A stretch of 64,000 nt of DNA from Thermoanaerobaculia bacterium (GTDB taxonomy: Bacteria; Acidobacteriota; Thermoanaerobaculia; Multivoradales; Multivoraceae), in NCBI GenBank assembly GCA_963664405.1, contig OY761158.1, forward strand, positions 6,560,001-6,624,000, read 5' to 3'. Position 1 is the first letter of the stretch. Every line of letters starts with the position of its first letter. The notes under the pieces were generated by a model. The model was not told the origin of the DNA. It did no database searches and saw only the letters and a list, made by a program, of their open reading frames with translations. A program made the translations under genes and the position numbers. Shown one piece after another: positions 48,898 through 56,192 of this stretch.

Positions 48898-49950
48898 TTA
48901 GTCGCGGAGAAGCTCGTCGACGGCGGCGCGCTTGATACGATAACTGGAGCCAATCTTCTTCGCCGCCAGTTCCCCGCTGGAGATGACGCTCATTACGTCG
49001 TCCTCGGAGACGCCGAGGATCTCGGCGACCTCTGCCGGAGAGAGAAGCTGAGGAGTTGGCGCTGTAACTGTGCCGGCCGCCGCCGCGCCGCTGAAGAGGT
49101 TGCTGCCCTGCTGCTGCATCATCTGTTGGGCGATGGCGAGGCCGACCGCCATTTCGGTCGCCATGCCGCCGGCGCCGCCGCCGCCGCTGCTCATGCCCTC
49201 CGCCATCTGCAGCTTGACGTAGTCGTTGAGATCGCCAAGGGCTGCCATGCTCGATCGCTTGTCGATAGCCTTCTCGACCTCTGGAGGAACGGAGATGTTC
49301 TCGACCACGAAAGTCGTGATCTCGAGTCCGTACTTCGCCGTGACGGTGGGGTTGATGAGCGGCAAGAGAGCGTCACCGAGCTCCGAGTAGCGGGTGGAAG
49401 CGTCGAGTACGGGGATATTGGACGAAGCCAGGGCGTCGCTAAAGCAGCTGACGATCCTCGAGCGCATGGTGTCGGCGAACTCTTCGAGGCGAAAGTTATG
49501 GTCGGACCCAGCCACTTCTCTGAGAAAGAGCTTGGCGTCGACGATGCGAAAGTCATAGGTTCCGAAAGCCCGCGCCCGAACGATTCCAAAGTCCTCGTCG
49601 CGCATCATGATGGGGTTCGCGGTTCCCCACTTATTGCCGGTGAAAAGGCGTGTATTGAGAAAATAGAGATCTGCCTTGAAGGGGGATTCGAGGCCGTACT
49701 TCCAGGACTTGAGTCGAGTCAGAATAGGGATGTTGTCGGTTTCGAGGGTCCATTTCCCAGGACCGAAGGTGTCACCGAACTCGCCAAGGTAGATGAACTG
49801 CGCTAGCTGAGATTCGCGCACGATCAGTTGGGCGCCTCTCTTGATCGCCTTGTCGTCGTCTGGAAAGCGGTAGGAGAGAACGTCTCTCGAGTCGTCGGTC
49901 CATTCGATGATCTCGAGCAGCTCGCCCTTCAGAAAGTCCAGTATGCCCAT
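48898..49950 (-). CDS. SPFH-domain (YdjI-like) protein with a C-terminal excisionase-type HTH
   Basis: LEIIEW, IKRGAQLIVRESQ, TLETDNIPILT, KWGTANP, RARAFGTY; C-terminal LLSPAEVAEILGVS...GELAAKKIGSSYRI; likely ATG at 49950. Confidence 0.85.
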   Translation of the reverse strand: MGILDFLKGELLEIIEWTDDSRDVLSYRFPDDDKAIKRGAQLIVRESQLAQFIYLGEFGDTFGPGKWTLETDNIPILTRLKSWKYGLESPFKADLYFLNTRLFTGNKWGTANPIMMRDEDFGIVRARAFGTYDFRIVDAKLFLREVAGSDHNFRLEEFADTMRSRIVSCFSDALASSNIPVLDASTRYSELGDALLPLINPTVTAKYGLEITTFVVENISVPPEVEKAIDKRSSMAALGDLNDYVKLQMAEGMSSGGGGAGGMATEMAVGLAIAQQMMQQQGSNLFSGAAAAGTVTAPTPQLLSPAEVAEILGVSEDDVMSVISSGELAAKKIGSSYRIKRAAVDELLRD

Positions 49951-50182
49951 TGGCTTGTATCCTCGTTGGGGGTCGTTTGTCTTGGAGTTGAGCTTGTTCG
50001 CGGCTAGGTAGCGGTCGGGTTCCTGGCTGACGCCAGCGGCTTCAACCTTCGAGGACTTGGGTCTTGATCTTCCAGCCTCGGGCCTCGAACTCGCTCCGAG
50101 CGCGCTCGGAGATGCGACCGGTGAGCCAACCCCTTCTTCAGCCCCGGAAAGGATATCGCTACGCAGGGTCGGCGGCCAGGAC

Positions 50183-50274
50183 TGAGAGTGATCAGGGTAG
50201 TTGATGGGATTCGCCTCTGTTCTAGTCACGGTAGTCGAGGGAAGAGCGTACTGGTCCCTCGGATAGCGTGATCA
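50183..50274 (+). repeat. Transposon left end with three putative transposase-binding motifs
   Basis: TCA(C/G)GGTARTYGAKGG-like motif at 50192 and 50226, plus an inverted copy at 50256-50274 (CCCTCGGATAGCGTGATCA). Confidence 0.75.
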
Positions 50275-50427
50275 AAGCGGGCAAAAGAGCCGGCATCATC
50301 CGCGGCCACCGGGCGCGCCGTTGTTGTGGGGGGGGAGTGAGGTGCCCTCCGGGGGTTGACGTCCCCTCGGAGGGCGTGTCTTCTTTCGTTGAATTTAAAA
50401 ACGAAAGGCCGAAAGGAGACAGCCCTC

Positions 50428-50994
50428 TTGTACCAGACCCTGCTTCAGGATGCCAGTTTCTACGATCTACTGTTGCGACTCGACGAGGATCTAGCGGAGA
50501 AGACTCGCGCCCTAGGCTGCGAATGCGGTGGGCGTTTGCACCAGGCTCACTATCCACGTAAGCCTCGCGGAGGGCCCGAGGAGCTGCGCAGAAGGACCTC
50601 GTTGCGGCTGAGCTATTGCTGCTCGGTGGAGGGGTGCCGGCGTCGTCAGACGCCTGCGTCCTTTCGTTTTCTGGGCCGGAAGGTGTACTTCAGCGTGTTG
50701 GTACTTCTGGTCCCAGTGCTGCGGGAAGGGGCCAAGGGAGAGCGGCTGCATCGTCTACAGGAATTGTTTCAGGTGAGCGCACGTACGGTGCGCCGTTGGC
50801 AGAGATGGTGGCGAGAGGACTTCGGTCTCAGCCCGGTCATGACTCGCTTTCAAGGCTTTCATGCCGAGCCGATCCAGCGGCAAGACTTGCCGGGCTCTCT
50901 GCTCCTAGTCTTTCGTCAATTGTCGCCGGCAGGCGAGAGGGTGCTGGCGGTGATTCGCGCCCTATTGGTCGGGCCCTCTGTGCTAGCTGTGTGA
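50428..50994 (+). CDS. Transposon accessory protein: Cys-rich zinc-ribbon plus HTH
   Basis: AAGGAG then TTG at 50428; CECGGRLH...CCSVEGCRRR; HTH-like RLQELFQVSARTVRRWQRWW. Confidence 0.75.
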   Translation: MYQTLLQDASFYDLLLRLDEDLAEKTRALGCECGGRLHQAHYPRKPRGGPEELRRRTSLRLSYCCSVEGCRRRQTPASFRFLGRKVYFSVLVLLVPVLREGAKGERLHRLQELFQVSARTVRRWQRWWREDFGLSPVMTRFQGFHAEPIQRQDLPGSLLLVFRQLSPAGERVLAVIRALLVGPSVLAV

Positions 50995-51100
50995 GGGTCG
51001 CCGGAAACCCGCAGAAGATGCGTCTCGACTCGCCGAGAAGCGGGCCTTAAGGTCTCTGTTCTCGCCGCCGATTGAAGGAATCGGCGCCCAGGAGAGGGAG

Positions 51101-52525
51101 ATGAGCCATCGAGCCTCGACGCAACAACGCTGGGCGCAGTTTCGCTTCAGTGTGGTGGGTGAGCTGTTGGCTGCGCCTCCCGCACCGGGACATCTGCAGG
51201 TGGAATTGTCTCGACTCTCCCAGAAGGCCTGGCGCCATCCGATCACGGAGAAGGCGGTGTACTTTGCCCGCTCGACGATTGAGCGTTGGTACTACACGGC
51301 CCTGGCCGGTCGCGATCCGATCGGGGCGCTACAACGCCGATCGAGAAGCGACAGCGGCCAAGCGCGCGCCATCCCAACCCGGATCGCCGAGCTGATCCAC
51401 ACGCAATACAAGGCCCACCCGACGTGGAGCTACCAGCTCCATTGGGACAATCTGGACGTGGTGCTAAAAGAGCGACCGGAGCCAGGGAAGGTGCCTTCCT
51501 ACTCCACCCTGCGCCGCTTCATGATCGCGCACGGTTGGCCCAAACAACGACGCACGAAGGGAAAGGATCGCAGCACTGCCTCCGGTGCCCCTGCGCGCGA
51601 GAAGCGCAGCTACGAAGCCGAGTACGTCAACGGGCTCTGGCACCTCGACTTCCACCACGGCTCGCGCAAGATCCCGAGCTCCGCAGGGACCTGGGAAGTA
51701 CCGATGCTGCTGGCGATTCTCGACGATCACTCCCGGCTCACCTGCCATCTGCAGTGGTATCTGCACGAGACCGCCGAGTGTCTGATCCACGCTCTGATCC
51801 AAGCCTTCATCAAACGCGGACTGTGCCGCTCACTGCTCACCGATAACGGCAGCGCCATGATCGCCGACGAGACCACCGAGGGGCTCCTACGCCTCTCCGT
51901 CGTCCATCGCACCACATTGCCCCGGAGCCCCTATCAAAACGGGAAACAAGAAAACTTCTTTTCTCAAGTCGAATCCCGCCTCCTCGCCATGCTCGAAGGA
52001 CACGCGGATCTCAATCTGGCATTGCTCAATGAGGCGACGCTGGCTTGGGTGGAGATGGAGTATCACCGCACCGTCCATTCCGAGACCGGCCAGACGCCGC
52101 TCGACCGCTTTCTCGAGGGTCCCTCCGTCTCTCGGATCTGCCCCAGCCTGGACGAGCTGCGCTTCGCCTTCACCGCCGCTCGAAAGCGCACCCAGCGCCA
52201 AAGCGACGGCACCATCAGCCTCGACGGCACCCGTTTCGAGATCCCCTCTCGTTTCCATCATCTCAACCGGATCTCGGTGCGATACCAGAGCTGGGAGAAA
52301 AGCTCCGTCTTCATGGTCGACGAAAGCTCCGACGTCCCACTCGAGCGCCTCTACCCCCTCGACAAGGCAAGAAACGCTTCCGGCATCCGCCGCCCGATCC
52401 AACCCCAGAGCACCGACGAGCCGACAGGCCCGGAGCCTGGCATCGCACCCCTACTCCGCAAACACATGGCGGAGTACGCCGCCACCGGGCTCCCGCCCGC
52501 CTACCTCAAAAAGGAGACACCGTGA
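51101..52525 (+). CDS. DDE transposase (rve core with Mu-type C-terminal domain)
   Basis: HTH RSTIERWY...RSDSG, SYSTLRRF, WHLDF (D), LDDHSR, TDNGSA (D), NGKQE (E), R...SDGTISLDGTRFEIP. Confidence 0.93.
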   Translation: MSHRASTQQRWAQFRFSVVGELLAAPPAPGHLQVELSRLSQKAWRHPITEKAVYFARSTIERWYYTALAGRDPIGALQRRSRSDSGQARAIPTRIAELIHTQYKAHPTWSYQLHWDNLDVVLKERPEPGKVPSYSTLRRFMIAHGWPKQRRTKGKDRSTASGAPAREKRSYEAEYVNGLWHLDFHHGSRKIPSSAGTWEVPMLLAILDDHSRLTCHLQWYLHETAECLIHALIQAFIKRGLCRSLLTDNGSAMIADETTEGLLRLSVVHRTTLPRSPYQNGKQENFFSQVESRLLAMLEGHADLNLALLNEATLAWVEMEYHRTVHSETGQTPLDRFLEGPSVSRICPSLDELRFAFTAARKRTQRQSDGTISLDGTRFEIPSRFHHLNRISVRYQSWEKSSVFMVDESSDVPLERLYPLDKARNASGIRRPIQPQSTDEPTGPEPGIAPLLRKHMAEYAATGLPPAYLKKETP

Positions 52526-53364
52526 ACAACCAGAAACTACTGGCACTCTTCGGACTTAAGTGGAACCCCTTTACCCCCAACATCCCCGTCGAAGCGCTGT
52601 GGCGACACCCGCATCTCGACCACTTCTGCTGGCGCCTGGAGACCCTCGTCCACGACGGTGGCTTCGCATTGATCTCCGGTGATCCCGGCACCGGCAAGTC
52701 GGTCGCTCTACGCACCCTCGCTCACCACCTTCAACACCTGCCCGACCTGCGCACCGGAGTCCTCACGCGGCCACAGAGCAGTCTCGCCGACTTTTACCGT
52801 GAGCTCGGACAGCTCTTCGGGGTCCCGCTCAATCCACACAACCGATGGGCCGGATTCAAAGCCCTCCGACAGACCTGGCTCTCCCATGTCGATGCCACCC
52901 ATCAAAGACCCGTACTCTTGATCGACGAAGCCCAGGAGCTCGCCGCCAACGTGCTGGCCGAACTGCGCATCCTCGCCTCTGCGGACTTCGACTCACGCTC
53001 CATCCTCACCGTCGTCCTGTGCGGCGACTCCCGACTCACACAGCTCTTCCGACGAGACGATTTCCTACCCGTCGCCAGCCGCATCCGCGTACGCCTCCTC
53101 CTCGACTACCTGCCCCCAGAGACGTTGGCCGAATGGCTCCAGCACTCCCTGACACAAGCCGGAAACCCCAGTCTCCTCGACCACGAGGTCATCACCACTC
53201 TCGCCGAGCACGCCGCCGGAAACCTCAGAGTACTCGCACACATGGCCAACGAGCTCCTCGCCATGGCCGCCAAAGAAGAGCTACCCAACATCGATCAGAA
53301 GCTCTACCTCGAGGTCTTCTCGCCACCTACCTCCCAGCGCTCTCCCAGGAAAGCCCGTGCCTGA
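52522..53364 (+). CDS. ExeA-family AAA ATPase (TnsC/MuB/IstB-like transposition helper)
   Basis: AAGGAG + GTG overlapping the transposase stop; FGLKWNPF, GDPGTGKS, LLIDEAQ, GNLR. Confidence 0.9.
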   Translation: MNNQKLLALFGLKWNPFTPNIPVEALWRHPHLDHFCWRLETLVHDGGFALISGDPGTGKSVALRTLAHHLQHLPDLRTGVLTRPQSSLADFYRELGQLFGVPLNPHNRWAGFKALRQTWLSHVDATHQRPVLLIDEAQELAANVLAELRILASADFDSRSILTVVLCGDSRLTQLFRRDDFLPVASRIRVRLLLDYLPPETLAEWLQHSLTQAGNPSLLDHEVITTLAEHAAGNLRVLAHMANELLAMAAKEELPNIDQKLYLEVFSPPTSQRSPRKARA

Positions 53365-53704
53365 CTCCCCATCCGCCCAGCAACAACGACGGCACCTCCA
53401 GAGCGTCCTCGAGCTCTATCGACGACATCCCCAAACCACCGGACGAGTCAGAAACGCCGATCGCCGCCTCGCCGTACATCTCTATCGAAACGGCGTTACC
53501 CTCGACACCATCAACGCTGCCTTACTACTCGTCGCCGCCAGGAGATGCAACGAGGCACACACCACAACCCCCATCCAGAGTCTCCACTACTTCCTCCCCG
53601 TCATCCGAGAGATTCGCGATAGACCCCTCGATAACGGCTACCTCCGGTACCTTGAAACTCTCATCCGCGACAGCAGCCAAGACCCAGACCATCATTTACT
53701 GTGA
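53357..53704 (+). CDS. Small hypothetical transposon protein
   Basis: GTG overlapping the ATPase 3' end; helical 115 aa (PIQSLHYFLPVIREI); stop lies in the inner right-end motif. Confidence 0.65.
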   Translation: MPDSPSAQQQRRHLQSVLELYRRHPQTTGRVRNADRRLAVHLYRNGVTLDTINAALLLVAARRCNEAHTTTPIQSLHYFLPVIREIRDRPLDNGYLRYLETLIRDSSQDPDHHLL

Positions 53705-53737
53705 TCAGCCCGCCATCGATTACCGTGATCACTCTCA
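53689..53737 (-). repeat. Transposon right end with two putative transposase-binding motifs
   Basis: CCATCATTTACTGTGATCA (53689-53707) and CCATCGATTACCGTGATCACTCTCA (53713-53737). Confidence 0.8.
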
Positions 53738-53742
53738 AGGAC

Positions 53743-53908
53743 CTAGACCAGCGTTTCCAGAGTTCGCGCACATATCTCGGCCCCTTCTGTCCGCTGACGG
53801 CGTTTCGCCTCCTCGACATATTGCCCAATATGCCTGCGTCGGCGCGCCTGGCCAGCGAACAGAATGACCTCGAGCTATTGCACACGAGCTTTGGAAGCGC
53901 TGGTCTAG
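53743..53908 (+). repeat. Palindromic element arm type A, copy 3 (166 bp)
   Basis: CTAGACCAGCGTTTCCAGAGTTCG...CGAGCTTTGGAAGCGCTGGTCTAG; same core; starts directly after the transposon target duplication. Confidence 0.92.
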
Positions 53909-54101
53909 TTCTTCGCGTTCTCGATCGTGGTCGCGGCGGGTCTTGCGGCTGTAGCGGCTGAAGCCGACAGCAGGCCAGCTCCTCGAAAGCTGGGCTCTTG
54001 TTGATCATGACCCTGCCCTATAGTCTATCGAGCCGGGGGGAATGCTGTGGACCGCTCGGTTGTGAGTGAGGTCCCTTATTCGAAAGAGAAGGAGTCAGAA
54101 A

Positions 54102-54482
54102 ATGGGTATTGCACCGGGCCCGGCACAGACCGCGGCCGTCTTGATTGCTCTTGTGGCGTTGGTGGGGTGTGCGCAAGAAGTAGCCTCAGAGTCTGCGGCC
54201 TCGGCGATCGAGACCGGTGCGCAGGAGGCTGCTCCAGCTGCCGAGATCGGCCCGCATGAGATGAGCTGCGCGGAGATCAAGGAGTTGCTGGATGACGAGG
54301 CCTCCGAGGAGGAGGCTTCGTATCTGACGGTCTGGGCCTATGGAGTGCGCACCGGGGCCAAAGGGCTCGATTTCGAGAAGCATCCTGTGACCGTGGCTGG
54401 GCTCGAGCAGTTCGTGACCGGAGTGATTCTTGTCTGCAAGGCCGATACGGAGAAACTGTTCGTCGACGCGATCCTGGAGTAG
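54102..54482 (+). CDS. Putative lipoprotein with an HdeA/HdeB-like domain
   Basis: AAGGAG RBS; lipobox-like LVGC; MSCAE...WAYG...VC pattern with a Cys pair. Confidence 0.55.
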   Translation: MGIAPGPAQTAAVLIALVALVGCAQEVASESAASAIETGAQEAAPAAEIGPHEMSCAEIKELLDDEASEEEASYLTVWAYGVRTGAKGLDFEKHPVTVAGLEQFVTGVILVCKADTEKLFVDAILE

Positions 54483-54487
54483 CGCTC

Positions 54488-55120
54488 ATGGCACCATTAC
54501 ACAAGACAGTTTCTCTCGGACTCGCTCTGGCGATATTGGCTCCAGCCCTGACTCCTGTATTCGCCGCCGCGGCGCGGCGGACCACCGTTTCCTCGAGCTC
54601 GCGAGCTGCGGTGTCGAGGAGTCGGGGAACGGCTTCAGTGCAGCGAGGTGGGTCGTCGACGTACGCGCGGCGCACAACCAGCGTCTCGACTGCGTCTCGT
54701 ACTGCGGTGAGTCACACCACCGTTGTGAGCTCGCGCTCCTATGTTCACCGCGGCGTAGCCGTCTACAGGCCCCACGGGACCTATTACCATGGCTACGGTG
54801 GCTACTATAACGATGACGATGCCTGGAAGTGGCTCGCGTTCACCGCCATCACCCTCAAGCTCCTGGACAACCTGAACGAGCAGCAACAGCGCGAGCACGA
54901 GGCGGCCCAGGTCGAGGCGACGACCGCACCGGTGGGACAGCCGATCACATGGGATGACGGAAGCGCGACTGGGAGCGTAACGGCGACGAGACAAGGTCAG
55001 GACGCCGCGGGGAACCAATGCCGTGAGTTCCAGCAGGAGGTAACGATCGGCGGCGAGACCGAGCAGGCCTACGGAACCGCCTGCCTCCAGCCCGACGGCT
55101 CCTGGAAGATCCAGGAGTAG
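54488..55120 (+). CDS. Exported protein with a C-terminal 17-kDa surface-antigen-like domain
   Basis: Signal peptide, R/S/T-rich low-complexity linker, G..ITW...GSV...CREFQQEVTIGG..EQAYGTACLQPDGSWKI. Confidence 0.8.
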   Translation: MAPLHKTVSLGLALAILAPALTPVFAAAARRTTVSSSSRAAVSRSRGTASVQRGGSSTYARRTTSVSTASRTAVSHTTVVSSRSYVHRGVAVYRPHGTYYHGYGGYYNDDDAWKWLAFTAITLKLLDNLNEQQQREHEAAQVEATTAPVGQPITWDDGSATGSVTATRQGQDAAGNQCREFQQEVTIGGETEQAYGTACLQPDGSWKIQE

Positions 55121-55150
55121 AGTTCGTCGGGCGCCCCGCCGAGAGTCGGA

Positions 55151-56188
55151 TTACGCGTCTTCGGTGAGGTCGCTCTTGCTGAGCTTGAGCTTGTCGGCGG
55201 TATAGCTCGAGACTTCGTAGATCCACGAGTCGTGGAAACTGTTGAAAGTCCGGATCTCCTCTGACCTAATGAGCTGATCGGCCTTCTCTCGGAGCTCCGC
55301 CTCAGGCGTGTCTGCAGCGATCTCGACCCGACTGACCTCGTGGCTGCCGCGGACGCGCAGAAAGCTGCGCTCCCCGTCCTCGGCCAGCACCAACGTGTAG
55401 CTGCTGCCGTCTTTCAGTCTCACGACGAGCCGTCGGTCGAAGAGCAGCCCACGAATCTCGCTGTTGTCGGCAAGATAGACCTTGTCGAAGGTCAGGCGCT
55501 CTAGAATCGACGTGATCTTGTTGGTTTCGACCGTCTTTTCTTTCTTGGATGCGGGAATGTCGCTGAGTCGAAGCGGGCTCTCGAGATCCTCGGCCGAGAT
55601 AGTGAAGTCGCCGCCCTCAATCCGTAGCACCTCGGACCTAGATAGGTCGAGGATCTCCTTCTGCAGGAAAGAGTCGGCGCTGGTGGTGAGGTGGACGCCT
55701 TCGGAGCTGAGGTAGATGGCTGATTCGTCCACGTCGAGCCTTTTCAGGTAGCGACCTCTGCCCTCGGGAAAGTTCTTGCCGAGACGGATTCTGACCATCT
55801 CCTGGTCGCTTGCGTTGGAGAGCGCAATCTCCACGGTCTCTTCTCCCGGGGGCTCGATCTCGAGCTCGGCTTCGAGACTCTCTCCGCGGCCGATCTCTTT
55901 CTCCAGGCCAATCTTCAGAAGATCGTTCAGGAAACGGTTCACCGACTCGTTCTTGGCCACGTAGTCGTTGAGCTCGGCGACCGTGAAGTCACTATCGTGA
56001 CGCTCGAGAGTCGTCGTTTCGTCGCCCTTTGTGATCTCGATCAGGGAGACCTCGTCGGGTGTGAGATTTGGCAGGAATGTCTGTCCGCGCTGGAAGCGGT
56101 CGCCGCGCGAGACGCTGTCGGCATAGGCCCATAGAGAGCCGGCGAGGAGCAGGACCAAAGCAATCGTGAGCTTGACGTTGGTATTCAT
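55151..56188 (-). CDS. DUF4340-like periplasmic ABC accessory protein
   Basis: N-terminal TM anchor, duplicated beta-rich domain, typical position after GldG-like genes. Confidence 0.7.
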   Translation of the reverse strand: MNTNVKLTIALVLLLAGSLWAYADSVSRGDRFQRGQTFLPNLTPDEVSLIEITKGDETTTLERHDSDFTVAELNDYVAKNESVNRFLNDLLKIGLEKEIGRGESLEAELEIEPPGEETVEIALSNASDQEMVRIRLGKNFPEGRGRYLKRLDVDESAIYLSSEGVHLTTSADSFLQKEILDLSRSEVLRIEGGDFTISAEDLESPLRLSDIPASKKEKTVETNKITSILERLTFDKVYLADNSEIRGLLFDRRLVVRLKDGSSYTLVLAEDGERSFLRVRGSHEVSRVEIAADTPEAELREKADQLIRSEEIRTFNSFHDSWIYEVSSYTADKLKLSKSDLTEDA

Positions 56189-56192
56189 CTTC

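Larger units (their letters stand above)
50183..53737 (+). mobile_element. Complete four-gene DDE transposon (Mu/IS21/Tn7-like; transposase + AAA ATPase)
   Basis: Terminal IR TGAGAGTGATCAGGGTAGTTGATGG vs right-end complement TGAGAGTGATCACGGTAATCGATGG (22/25); TG...CA ends; 5-bp direct repeat AGGAC at 50178-50182 and 53738-53742. Confidence 0.93.

Noticed and set aside
50094-50111. Perfect 18-bp palindrome CTCCGAGCGCGCTCGGAG
   Set aside because: Single GC-rich occurrence with no U-tract or second copy, so no function can be assigned
49951-50229. N-terminal extension of the SPFH ORF given in the ORF track
   Set aside because: It runs into the transposon left end and looks non-coding; the conserved domain starts at ATG 49950
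52045-53364. Type II secretion ExeA/GspA, and the 439-aa long ORF version
   Set aside because: It lies inside the transposon ends, is coupled to the transposase and lacks a membrane/peptidoglycan-binding tail; the real start is GTG 52522
5755-53908. Dispersed repeats as a CRISPR array
   Set aside because: Copies are kilobases apart, about 166 bp and palindromic, with no repeat-spacer periodicity and no cas genes
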